Assembly: GCA_046542505.1 (NCBI GenBank)
Contig: JBKHBH010000048.1
Coordinates: forward strand, 1-14,467
Direction of reading: 5' to 3'
Length of the DNA stretch: 14,467 nt
Source of the DNA: Thermovirgaceae bacterium
GTDB lineage: Bacteria; Synergistota; Synergistia; Synergistales; Thermovirgaceae
The position numbers and the translations under genes were made by a program. The notes beneath the pieces are model-generated. The model searched no databases, had not been told where the DNA came from, and saw nothing but the letters and a program-made list of their open reading frames with translations. Positions 5,191-13,842 of the stretch are shown here, piece after piece (position 1 is the stretch's first letter; the number at the start of each line of letters is the position of its first letter).

Positions 5191-7149
5191 TCAGGCGCCG
5201 AAATCGTTGAAGAATTTCCGGTTCTGCTCATGGGTGCCGACGACGGCGACGTAATCGTCGGACCTAAAGATGAAATCGCCGTCGATGTCGAATATCAGTT
5301 TCCCGCCGCGATTAACGGCGACAACGGACAGGCCGTACCCGGAACGGAGTCCGGCTTCATGCAATTTCCTGTCCACCAGCAGGTTGTCTCCCTTCAGGTA
5401 GAACCATTCCAGATGGATCATCGAGGAAGCGTCCCTGAGGTTGGTGAGGGCTTCGAATTCCGGGTAGCTGTCAAAAAGGCTGTTGTAGGTCACGCGGCGG
5501 AGGGCTTCGAGTTCACGCTGGACCACGGAAGCCGGTGTTCCGATCTGGATCAGCGCCTGGCGGGCCATTTCGAGTCCCGCTTCCTGTTCGGGATCTATGA
5601 CAAGGGAGACTCCATGGCTTTCGAGTATGCGTTGGTCATCCTTGCCCTCGGCCCGGGCGATAATATGGATATCGGCGTTGTGTTTCCTTGCGGCGTGGAT
5701 GGCATCCAGGGTCTCCATCCTGCCTCTTGCCGTGACGATGAGAAATTTTGCCCTTTCGATTCCTGCCGCCTGGAGTATGGTCTCCTGGCCCGGATCGCCG
5801 TAAACAAGTACGAGGCCTTCCATTTGTTCTTCAAGAAAAGTGGCGTGATGTGGCTCGATGATGATATAGGGGTGGCCGAGGCTCCTCAGGGCGAAGGCGA
5901 TACAGCGGCCATAGGTTCCGCCGCCGGCGATTATAATATGGTTGGCAAGGCCCGTGGCGGGGATGTTGACGGTGCGGATTTCACGAGGTCTGGAAAACCG
6001 CTTGAGCAAAGCGTATGCAGGCCCAGTAAGGCCCGTTGCCAGGGGCCCGAGGAGCATGGAAATGATGACCACGTTCAGAGATAGAGAGTAGAAGGTATGA
6101 TCGATGGCCCCCATGTCCAGTCCTTGCTGGAGCACGATAAAGGAAATTTCTGAAATTGGAATCATGCCAAATAACATTGCCAGGGGAATGATGTTCCGGT
6201 ATCCGAAAGATCGTCCCGTTGTGGCGAGGATGACGCCTTTTCCGGTTACGACAGCCGCAAGCAGGATCAGAATGATTCCCATGTGTGAGGCGAGAAAGGA
6301 CGGATCGAAAAGCATTCCGATGGTGACGAAAAACAGAAGCCCGAAGATGTCCCGGACGGGAATGAGGTCGCTCAGCGCGGAGCGGCCGTAGTCGGATTCA
6401 CTCAGCGTAAGGCCGGCGAGGAATGCGCCGAAGGCGAAAGACAAGCCGATGGCATAGGTCAGGTAGCCGATGCCGAGCCCGACAGCCGTGACGGATAACA
6501 GAAACAGCTCCCGAGACTCCCATTGTGCCACCTGTTTCATGAGAAGAGGGATGAAGCGGGCGCCGACGAAAAGCATGAGAGAGACGAAGAGAACGACCTT
6601 CACAAGAGGGAGCGTCACGCCCGGAATGGAAAGCCCCGTTGTTTTGAGGCTCATCATGACTACCATAAGTGGGATGATGAGGATGTCCTGGACGATGGAC
6701 ATTCCGAGCATGACCCGGCTCGAAAGGGTCCCCATTTGCCCGCGGGAAGCGAGGGTCTTGAGGATCACCGCCGTGCTGGAGGACGCGACAGCCACGGAAA
6801 ACCACAAAGAGGGGACTACGCCCCAGTCCAGAAGGTTCCCAAGCAGTAAACCGAGAAGCAGGGTCAGGGTGACCTGTATGAAAGACCCGCCCAAGGCCAC
6901 GGCCCGGATCGGCAGGAGGCTTTTCAAGGAAAATTCAAGTCCGAGAGAAAAGAGAAGGAGCGCCACCCCGATTTCGGCGAGTTGCTCAATTTCTTCTACT
7001 TCAGAGACGGTAATACCGCCAGTGAAAGGGCCAACGGCGATGCCGGCAAGGATATAGCCGAGGATGAGGGGCTGGTTCAGTTTTTTTGCGATGATGCCGC
7101 CCAAAAGACCGGCGATGACGACAATGATCAGATCCGTGGCGATGCCCAT
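5191..7149 (-). CDS. CPA2-family cation:proton antiporter (Kef/YbaL/RosB-like) with TrkA-N and TrkA-C (RCK) domains
   Basis: Multi-TM N-terminus with 'QPLILGYILAGIAVGP', 'LAEIGVALLLFSLGLEFS', 'ASSSTAV', 'IVQDI', 'GAFLAGL' and 'FFVTIGM'. C-terminal 'HIIIAGGGTYG', 'VYGD', 'AAGIERA' (RCK-N), then an RCK-C-like segment. Start moved to ATG 7149 (AAGGGAGA upstream), giving 652 aa. Confidence 0.9.
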   Translation of the reverse strand: MGIATDLIIVVIAGLLGGIIAKKLNQPLILGYILAGIAVGPFTGGITVSEVEEIEQLAEIGVALLLFSLGLEFSLKSLLPIRAVALGGSFIQVTLTLLLGLLLGNLLDWGVVPSLWFSVAVASSSTAVILKTLASRGQMGTLSSRVMLGMSIVQDILIIPLMVVMMSLKTTGLSIPGVTLPLVKVVLFVSLMLFVGARFIPLLMKQVAQWESRELFLLSVTAVGLGIGYLTYAIGLSFAFGAFLAGLTLSESDYGRSALSDLIPVRDIFGLLFFVTIGMLFDPSFLASHMGIILILLAAVVTGKGVILATTGRSFGYRNIIPLAMLFGMIPISEISFIVLQQGLDMGAIDHTFYSLSLNVVIISMLLGPLATGLTGPAYALLKRFSRPREIRTVNIPATGLANHIIIAGGGTYGRCIAFALRSLGHPYIIIEPHHATFLEEQMEGLVLVYGDPGQETILQAAGIERAKFLIVTARGRMETLDAIHAARKHNADIHIIARAEGKDDQRILESHGVSLVIDPEQEAGLEMARQALIQIGTPASVVQRELEALRRVTYNSLFDSYPEFEALTNLRDASSMIHLEWFYLKGDNLLVDRKLHEAGLRSGYGLSVVAVNRGGKLIFDIDGDFIFRSDDYVAVVGTHEQNRKFFNDFGA

Positions 7150-7251
7150 TGACGTTCTCCCTTTCCCTTTGGTGTAGGAAACCATGATACCCGAGGGCGG
7201 GTCCCAACTCCAGGCTACGGATCGGGTACTGAGAGCAAAAAAATGCGCACC

Positions 7252-7279
7252 TTCGAAAGAGTGGCGCTTGTTATACAAT
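7252..7279 (+). promoter_or_regulatory. Possible promoter for the aldolase gene
   Basis: TTCGAA (7252-7257), 16 nt, TACAAT (7274-7279) in the divergent intergenic region. Confidence 0.35.
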
Positions 7280-7343
7280 GAAAACGTTGCAGGCGGCAAA
7301 AGCGGTGGTTTTCCTTCATGCAATATTCGGGGAGGTGCTTCGC

Positions 7344-8609
7344 ATGCATGTTGAATCAGGAGCCTACAGGGAGCTTCTTTCGAAGCGTCCCTTGAATGTA
7401 CAGGCTGTCTATGAAACAGAACCGGTGGCCATCGTTAGCGGACGTGACATTGCCGAGGCGGCGAGAAACACCCGTTCTATAGTTCTGGCTGCAAATGTGC
7501 GTAACCCTCTTACGATAAAGGGAATCCTGAAAGCCGCAAAAAAACTTGATGCCGCCGTACTCCTGGAATTGGCAAAATCGGAATCCACCTATTGCGGCTG
7601 TACCTTCGATAACGTCCCGGATTACGCGGTGAAATATTCGGCGGAGCTTGGGCACGGAGTGGTTTTCGGTCTGCACGTGGACCATTATGCCATCAAGTCT
7701 CGGGAAGACCTGCTCAAATCGATCGCCCATCTGAGGGACATCATCCAGCGGGGCTGGACTTCCATCGCTGTCGATGCGTCTCACAATCCTGACTGGGAGA
7801 ACCTGTGCTACACACGCGACGTTGCCATGAACATCCCCGCCTATCTCGGTCTTGAGGCCGAAGTAGGTGAGATCAAGGGGCCGGGCGAATTAACGACGGT
7901 GGAGGAGGCCCTCTTTTTTATCGGCGGCCTCAACGCATGGGGTATCTTCCCGGATTATCTCGCCATTTCGAACGGGAGCAAACACGGGACCTATGACACT
8001 ACCGCAGGAGAAATGGAGGGAATCGACCTCGATAGAACCGCCGAGGTTGCCAGTGCCGTCGACCCTTACGGGGTGACCATCGCCCAGCACGGGATTTCGG
8101 GAACCCCCCTGGACAAGGTCTCTCTTTTCCCCGAGTATGGCATCAACAAGGGAAACGTGGGGACCTTGTGGCAGAATATCCTCTTTGGTCTTGAGATGGA
8201 CCCCGAAACCGGCAACGCAAGAACCAAAGACGGAACCTACGTGAAGGATCCGAAACGGGGAGTGCCGGAAGAAATCTGGAAGAAGATCGTCGAATGGGCC
8301 GACGAGCAGGGCTGTTCCCGGAAGGACGGTAACTACAAGAAAGCCAACAAACCATTTCATGAATTGATCCTGTCGCTGCCGGAAAAGCGACGGGAATTGA
8401 TCGTAGAGGAGACCGCCGAGTGGGCCGAACGCTACATCAGAGCTTTTCACGGCGAGGGGACGGCGGAAGCCGTCATGGAAGCTGCAGCGAAGCGACAGGA
8501 CCATAACGCCGCTCCAGAAAGAAGTATTCGTGGGCCAAGGACGGATTTTGTCCCTGAAAAGGCTCCAAGGCGGAAGCCCCGGACTTCGGACAGGGATTTT
8601 TCCGACTAG
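7344..8609 (+). CDS. fba: Class II fructose-bisphosphate aldolase family protein (long form, 421 aa)
   Basis: Class II metal and catalytic motifs 'LHVDH', 'VDASH', 'LEAEVGEI', 'LAISNGSKHG', 'AQHGISG' and 'KGNVGT'. Start at ATG 7344 behind the SD GGGGAGGTG. The substrate is not proven. Confidence 0.85.
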   Translation: MHVESGAYRELLSKRPLNVQAVYETEPVAIVSGRDIAEAARNTRSIVLAANVRNPLTIKGILKAAKKLDAAVLLELAKSESTYCGCTFDNVPDYAVKYSAELGHGVVFGLHVDHYAIKSREDLLKSIAHLRDIIQRGWTSIAVDASHNPDWENLCYTRDVAMNIPAYLGLEAEVGEIKGPGELTTVEEALFFIGGLNAWGIFPDYLAISNGSKHGTYDTTAGEMEGIDLDRTAEVASAVDPYGVTIAQHGISGTPLDKVSLFPEYGINKGNVGTLWQNILFGLEMDPETGNARTKDGTYVKDPKRGVPEEIWKKIVEWADEQGCSRKDGNYKKANKPFHELILSLPEKRRELIVEETAEWAERYIRAFHGEGTAEAVMEAAAKRQDHNAAPERSIRGPRTDFVPEKAPRRKPRTSDRDFSD

Positions 8610-8643
8610 AATCGAGCGAACGCCGTGTCCGAGAAAAGAAGCG

Positions 8644-8664
8644 GGGGTGGCGGCAAGCCACCCC
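8644..8664 (+). terminator. GC-rich hairpin downstream of the aldolase (weak terminator or stabiliser)
   Basis: GGGGTGGC-GGCAA-GCCACCCC (perfect 8 bp) followed by TAGTGTT, which is a poor U-tract. Confidence 0.55.
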
Positions 8665-8701
8665 TAGTGTTGCGTGGCTCGCCCAGCAGTCAGGTGGGTC
8701 A

Positions 8702-8725
8702 TGTTAGGATAATTTTCTGGAGGTG
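8702..8725 (+). promoter_or_regulatory. Extended -10 candidate and SD for rnj
   Basis: TG-T-TAGGAT (8702-8710) with no recognisable -35; SD GGAGGTG just before ATG 8731. Confidence 0.35.
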
Positions 8726-8730
8726 CATCA

Positions 8731-10458
8731 ATGGCAAGAACAAAATCAAGGAGTCGCCGCAGTATCAAAGGCCCAAAAGACGGCGAGCTCAGATTCATCC
8801 CCCTCGGTGGGCTGGGTCAGATCGGCAAGAATATGATGGCCATCGAGTATGGCAACGATATCATTGTGATAGACTGCGGGCTTATGTTTCCAGAAGAAGA
8901 GATGCTGGGGATAGATTTTGTCATTCCCGATGTCACCTATCTCCTGGAGAGGAAAGACAAGATACGCGGGCTTGTGTTGACCCACGGGCACGAGGACCAT
9001 ATAGGAGGGTTGCCACTGATTCTGCCCGACCTGGACGTGCCTATTTACGGGACGAAACTTACCCTGGGAATGGTAGAGGCCAAGTTCCGTGACTCCGCTC
9101 CCGACTATTCGCTGGAGACGAACGAGGTGGCGGCGGGGGAATCCTTTACGCTCGGATGTTTCAGACTGCATTGCATATCTGTGTGTCACTCGATTCCGGA
9201 CGGTATAGGGCTTGCCGTAGAGACGCCCATAGGGACCATTGTACATACGGGGGATTTCAAGCTCGACCCCACGCCTGTGGACGGCAGAATCACGGATTAC
9301 TCGGCCTTTGCCGAATTCGGAAGAAGAGGAGTCCTGCTCATGTTGTCCGATTCGACCAACGTGGAGCGAAACGGCTTCACGCCGTCGGAAAGGCTTCTGG
9401 GAGGCACGTTGGAAAATCTTTTCAGGACATACAAAAGCAAGCGCATCATCATATCCGCTTTTGCGAGCAACCTTCACAGGGCCCAGCTGATCATCGATGC
9501 GGCTGAGAAGTTCAACAGGAAAGTCGTTCTCATGGGCCGGAGCATGATCCAGAACGTGGAACTCGCAAGGGAGCTCGGATACATCAAGGGCGACGATGAC
9601 CTCTTCCTGTCCTTTGACGAGCTTTCAGGTGTCCCTGAAAGCAAGATCGTTGTCCTGACCACTGGAAGCCAGGGAGAGCCCTTTTCGGGGCTTGTCCTTA
9701 TGAGCAAGGGCGAACACCGGCATATCACCCTTGGGAACAAGGATGTGGTGGCCGTGTTCGCAACCCCCGTTCCCGGGAACGAAAAACTCGTAAGCCGAAC
9801 CATCAACAGTCTTTTTGCCTGCGGTTGTGAGGTAATTTACGACAGGGACAAGAATGTCCATGTTTCGGGGCACGCCGCACTGGAAGAACTGAAAATGATG
9901 TTCAGCATGGTCAGGCCGAAATACTTTGTCCCTCTCCACGGAGAGTACAGACATCTTGTACGCCATGGCCAGCTTGCAAGGGAAATGGGTTTGCCCCAGC
10001 GAAACATCTTCGTCATGCAAAACGGCGACATGTTGCGCCTGACGGAAAAATCGGCACAGGTAAAAAAGAACGCCTTTCCCGCGGGAGGACGCCTCGTGGA
10101 TGGAATGGCGCTTGGCGAGATGCAGGGAAGCCTGTTGAAGGAAAGGAGAGACCTTTCGGAGGACGGGATTCTAACCCTTTCGGTCGTTTTGGACGACAAG
10201 TGGAAGGTCCTCGGGGAACCGCAGGTAGAAAGCGTGGGTTTTATCCACATGAAAGATGCGACGGATCTCAGGAACGAACTCGGCAAAACTGTGAAAGACG
10301 CCGTATCGAAATGGCGGGCCTCGAAGGGTAAGGATCTCGAACAACTTGAATTGCTGATCATAAACCGCGTCAAGGATACGTTGCGGCGACACGGCGTGAA
10401 GGGCCGGTCTTATCCAGTTATCGTCCCCTTGGTTACCGTCCTGGACGGGAACAGGTAA
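8731..10458 (+). CDS. rnj: Ribonuclease J
   Basis: 'IPLGGLGQIGKNM', 'IDCGLMFP', 'THGHEDHIGG', 'HSIPD', 'HTGDFKLD', 'SDSTN', 'TGSQGEP', 'HVSGHA' and 'PLHGEYRH': an intact metallo-beta-lactamase/beta-CASP motif set. Confidence 0.97.
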   Translation: MARTKSRSRRSIKGPKDGELRFIPLGGLGQIGKNMMAIEYGNDIIVIDCGLMFPEEEMLGIDFVIPDVTYLLERKDKIRGLVLTHGHEDHIGGLPLILPDLDVPIYGTKLTLGMVEAKFRDSAPDYSLETNEVAAGESFTLGCFRLHCISVCHSIPDGIGLAVETPIGTIVHTGDFKLDPTPVDGRITDYSAFAEFGRRGVLLMLSDSTNVERNGFTPSERLLGGTLENLFRTYKSKRIIISAFASNLHRAQLIIDAAEKFNRKVVLMGRSMIQNVELARELGYIKGDDDLFLSFDELSGVPESKIVVLTTGSQGEPFSGLVLMSKGEHRHITLGNKDVVAVFATPVPGNEKLVSRTINSLFACGCEVIYDRDKNVHVSGHAALEELKMMFSMVRPKYFVPLHGEYRHLVRHGQLAREMGLPQRNIFVMQNGDMLRLTEKSAQVKKNAFPAGGRLVDGMALGEMQGSLLKERRDLSEDGILTLSVVLDDKWKVLGEPQVESVGFIHMKDATDLRNELGKTVKDAVSKWRASKGKDLEQLELLIINRVKDTLRRHGVKGRSYPVIVPLVTVLDGNR

Positions 10459-10554
10459 TTTCCCTCCGTGCGTCGTACCTGAGCTTTGAAAAATCGGGCA
10501 TGGAACAGGTGTAACCTGTCCGAAGGAACTCTCAAGGTCTGGAGGAGATAGGAC

Positions 10555-12177
10555 GTGTCGATAGGGCTGGCCTTTAACCTTCTCGGCGGAATCGGGCTTT
10601 TTCTTTTCGGAATCAAACTGATGGGTGAGTCGTTGCAGGATCTTGCAGGTGACAGGATGCGCCGCCTTATTTCGGCATTGACGAGTACGCCTGTAAAGGG
10701 TGTTCTCGTCGGGACTGCGGTCACAATGCTGATACAAAGCAGCAGCGCGACCACTGTCATGGCCTCGAGTTTTGTCCACGCAGGGCTCATGACGCTGAAA
10801 CAGTCTATCGGGGTTATCATGGGCGCGGCCATCGGGACAACTATCACGGCACAGATCATCGCCTTCAAGATCAAGGCCTTCGCGTTACCCATAATTGGAA
10901 TAGGAATGATTTTTGCCGTATTCGGGAGAACGAAACGGCAGAAATATATCGGAAACTGTATCGTCGGTTTCGGCCTGCTCTTCATCGGGATGCAAACCAT
11001 GGAGCAGGCCATGCATTTTTTAAGGGACAGGCAAGACATATTTCTCGCATTCAGCCATCACCCTATTCTGGGTGTACTTGCCGGAACGGGGCTGACCATC
11101 CTGGTCCAGTCCAGTTCCGCCACCGTCGGCTTGACGATGGCCATGGCGTCCCAGGGATTGCTCCCCCTGGAGGCGGCCATTCCCATACTTTTCGGTGACA
11201 ACATCGGAACCACCATCACCGCCGTGCTGGCATCTCTAGGACTGAACCGATCGGCCAAGCAGGCCGCTTTCGCGCATGTTTTTTTCAAAGTAATAGGCGT
11301 CATCGTTTTTATGGTGATTTTCCCGGTTTTCTACAAGATCGTCCTTTTGACATCCACTGACATCGCCCGCCAACTGGCCAACGCCCATACGATCTTCAAC
11401 GTGCTGAACACGCTCATGTTTCTTCCTTTCACGGGGGCCTTCGAGCGTTTCGTGCGTTGGGCCGTTCCCGACAGGGGAGAGGTTTGTGACATGGGGCCGC
11501 GGTTTTTAGACAGAAACCTTATTTCGGCCTCACCAACGGCGGCTGTTGATGCTGTCAGGCAGGAGCTCGTCCGTCTCGGGTATCTCGCAAGGGACATGAT
11601 GCATGATGTCAAGACGGCCTTTGTGAACAGCGACCGAAAGATGATCGCCCAGGTTTTTCAGACGGAAAGGACTGTCAACGAACTGACCCGGGAAATCACA
11701 TCATTTTCTACGGAACTGATGCAGGAAAGCCTCCCGCCGCTTCAGTCTTCCTCCCTTTCTTTTTATGTAAATGGTGTCGGTGACCTTGAGCGTGTGGGAG
11801 ACCATGCCGAAAATTTGATAGAGCTTTTCGAATACAAGCTTGACCATCACCTGATTTTTTCGGAACTGGCCATGGAGGAATTCAACCTGATGATTGACAA
11901 GGCGACAGAAGCCGTCGACCTGGCGGTCGGGGCCCTCAGCGAGGGCGACATCGACAAGGTTAACGCCGTATTGGCTCTCGAGGACGAGATTGACAGCCTT
12001 GAGCGCGAGCTCCGGATGCGGCATATCGAGCGGTTGAACGAAGGTGTCTGCCAGCCCGGGGCCGGAGTCGTCTTCATCGATATCCTTAGCAATCTTGAAC
12101 GAATAGGAGACCACGCGAACAATATTGCGCTGATCATGAAAGACATCATCAGGACCCGGATGGAGAAAGTGAAATGA
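10555..12177 (+). CDS. Na/Pi cotransporter family protein (PNaS, NptA/YjbB-like) with C-terminal PhoU domain
   Basis: Two 'QSSSAT' repeats, 'GAAIGTT' and 'GDNIGTT', 'ANAHTIFN', and PhoU-like repeats 'DLERVGDHAEN' and 'NLERIGDHANN'. GTG start with SD GGAGGAG. Confidence 0.93.
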   Translation: MSIGLAFNLLGGIGLFLFGIKLMGESLQDLAGDRMRRLISALTSTPVKGVLVGTAVTMLIQSSSATTVMASSFVHAGLMTLKQSIGVIMGAAIGTTITAQIIAFKIKAFALPIIGIGMIFAVFGRTKRQKYIGNCIVGFGLLFIGMQTMEQAMHFLRDRQDIFLAFSHHPILGVLAGTGLTILVQSSSATVGLTMAMASQGLLPLEAAIPILFGDNIGTTITAVLASLGLNRSAKQAAFAHVFFKVIGVIVFMVIFPVFYKIVLLTSTDIARQLANAHTIFNVLNTLMFLPFTGAFERFVRWAVPDRGEVCDMGPRFLDRNLISASPTAAVDAVRQELVRLGYLARDMMHDVKTAFVNSDRKMIAQVFQTERTVNELTREITSFSTELMQESLPPLQSSSLSFYVNGVGDLERVGDHAENLIELFEYKLDHHLIFSELAMEEFNLMIDKATEAVDLAVGALSEGDIDKVNAVLALEDEIDSLERELRMRHIERLNEGVCQPGAGVVFIDILSNLERIGDHANNIALIMKDIIRTRMEKVK

Positions 12178-12986
12178 CCCAGGCAACAATGGCGCTCGTT
12201 TCGGGTCTCATTCAAGGTCTTACGGAGTTTCTCCCGATCAGCAGCTCTGGACACCTCGCCCTGTTTCAGCAATACTCGGGCCTGATCGAGCCGCCACTCG
12301 CTTACGACGTTCTCCTTCATCTGGCGACTATGGGGGCAACGATACTCTTTTTTTTCAGGGAAATTCTGGATGCCTGCGTCGAGTGGTTTTCAGGATTCAT
12401 CAAAAAAGAGTTCAGGCAGAGCCACGGGTGGGTACTCGGCTGGGCGGTCATTGCAGGCAATACCGTCACCGTGGTTGTTGCGCTTTTTCTGAAAGGCAGT
12501 ATTGAGGCACTTTTTGCCTCATCCTTGTGCGTCGGGGCCGCCCTTTTTGTGACGGCCGGCGTCTTGTGGTACGGGAGTACCCTGACGGTCGGAGTGGAGC
12601 GCATTTCCGTGTCAAGGGGGCTTTTCATCGGGTTCGTCCAGGGAATGGCGGTGATTCCGGGTATTTCCCGCTCGGGAGTGACGATCATTGCAGGACAACG
12701 TACGGGCCTCGAACCGGAGGAAGCCTTCAGGTTCTCTTTCTTGATGTCCCTTCCTGCGATAGGAGGGGCGACGCTGCTCCAACTTTTCGAATTCGGCGGT
12801 CCCGAAGGCTTTGTCGGCCAGTTGCCCAAGGCCTGGATGACCGGCTTCCTCCTGTCTTTTTCCTCAGGGTTGGTTTCCCTCTGGATACTGAAAAAGGTCG
12901 TGCTGGCAAAAAAATGGCGATGGTTTTCGGTGTACTGTGGTGTTGTGGGAGTGCTGGCGATCCTGGGATCAATAAACGGAGGGTAA
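12174..12986 (+). CDS. uppP: Undecaprenyl-diphosphate phosphatase
   Basis: 'GLIQGLTEFLPISSSGHL', 'QGMAVIPGISRSGVTI' and 'AFRFSFLMSLPAI'. ATGA overlap with the upstream gene. Confidence 0.96.
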   Translation: MTQATMALVSGLIQGLTEFLPISSSGHLALFQQYSGLIEPPLAYDVLLHLATMGATILFFFREILDACVEWFSGFIKKEFRQSHGWVLGWAVIAGNTVTVVVALFLKGSIEALFASSLCVGAALFVTAGVLWYGSTLTVGVERISVSRGLFIGFVQGMAVIPGISRSGVTIIAGQRTGLEPEEAFRFSFLMSLPAIGGATLLQLFEFGGPEGFVGQLPKAWMTGFLLSFSSGLVSLWILKKVVLAKKWRWFSVYCGVVGVLAILGSINGG

Positions 12987-12991
12987 AAACG

Positions 12992-13234
12992 ATGGCTCGT
13001 TCTTCTTCGAAGAAATGGTGGATCGCTCTCGCTCTGGTTGTGCTGGGAAGCGTCGCGGGCTTGTACCTGCAAGGCTTTGATGCAACAGGGCGTTTTTTCA
13101 GGGACATTGTTGATGCGGGGTTTGATACCGGGAGTCTGGACCTGGTCTTTTTGAAGATCAGGGTGGCTTTTGCCGTGACCATCAATGCGGGGACCCTTGT
13201 CGGGGCGGCTCTTGCGGTATGGGTCCTGAGATGA
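12992..13234 (+). CDS. Small membrane protein, DUF4321-like (80 aa)
   Basis: C-terminal part of track ORF 12527..13234; the real start is ATG 12992 with SD GGAGGG. MARSSSKKWWIALALVVLGSVAG...SLDLVFLKIRVAFAVTINAGTLVGAALAVWVLR resembles the DUF4321 pattern, a family I recall lying upstream of maf. Family assignment is from memory. Confidence 0.75.
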   Translation: MARSSSKKWWIALALVVLGSVAGLYLQGFDATGRFFRDIVDAGFDTGSLDLVFLKIRVAFAVTINAGTLVGAALAVWVLR

Positions 13235-13842
13235 AAGGCCCATCTGCGGGGCATACGTCAGTGGTGCTTGCCTCAGGATCACCTCGGAGGAAAGAGTTGC
13301 TTAAAGCTCTCGGGTGGTCTTTCGAGACGGATGTTCCTGATATTGATGAAAACATGCATTCCGCAGAGAAGGCGGAGGACGCAGTTGTCCGCCTCGCCAT
13401 GGAAAAGGCTCTTGTAGTGGGGGGGAGACATCCTGGAAGTCTGGTAATTGCCGCTGATACCATCGTCCGTCTTAATGACGTGGTGCTTGGGAAGCCTTCC
13501 GGAAGAACGGAAGCCTTGGAAATTCTTACCATGCTCAGCGGGAAAACCCATGAGGTGCTCACAGGTGTTGCCGCCCTTCGACACGAAAGGCCTGCCTCGG
13601 GATATGAACGGACGCTGGTGGAATTTAGAAACCTCACGCGTGACTCGATAGAGGCATACCTTGATTGCAATGACAGTTTCGACAAGGCTGGAGCCTATGG
13701 TATCCAGGCACGGGGATCGTTGCTTGTCAAAAGCATCCGGGGATGCTACTTCAATGTCGTCGGGCTTCCCGTGTTCCTGTTGAGCAGACTGCTGGAAGAT
13801 CTCGGCGTTCCCCTTGCGGAACAGTGGAGGATGGGGATATGA
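13231..13842 (+). CDS. maf: Maf family nucleoside triphosphate pyrophosphatase (YhdE-like)
   Basis: 'VLASGSPRRKELL', 'DIDE', 'LAMEKA', 'IAADTIV', 'LGKP', 'LSGKTHEV', 'DKAGAYGIQ' and 'NVVGLP'. Start ATG 13231 overlaps the upstream TGA. Confidence 0.95.
   Translation: MKGPSAGHTSVVLASGSPRRKELLKALGWSFETDVPDIDENMHSAEKAEDAVVRLAMEKALVVGGRHPGSLVIAADTIVRLNDVVLGKPSGRTEALEILTMLSGKTHEVLTGVAALRHERPASGYERTLVEFRNLTRDSIEAYLDCNDSFDKAGAYGIQARGSLLVKSIRGCYFNVVGLPVFLLSRLLEDLGVPLAEQWRMGI

Noticed and set aside
4863..6084. ORFs 4863-5171 (-) and 4903-6084 (+)
   Set aside because: They overlap the two tRNA genes, their promoter and terminator, and the antiporter antisense strand, so they are spurious.
7150..7343. 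Apparent head-to-head overlap of the antiporter (to 7323) and aldolase (from 7278) ORFs
   Set aside because: SD-supported starts at 7149 and 7344 leave a normal 194-nt divergent intergenic region.
10501..10540. Glycine-riboswitch-like strings CCGAAGG...CTCTCAAGG before the Na/Pi gene
   Set aside because: Too short, lacks the GGAGA element, P1 and P3a/b, and the downstream gene is not glycine-related. An Rfam scan would settle it.
12527..12991. N-terminal 155 codons of track ORF 12527-13234
   Set aside because: Off-frame inside uppP; only the part from ATG 12992 looks like a real gene.
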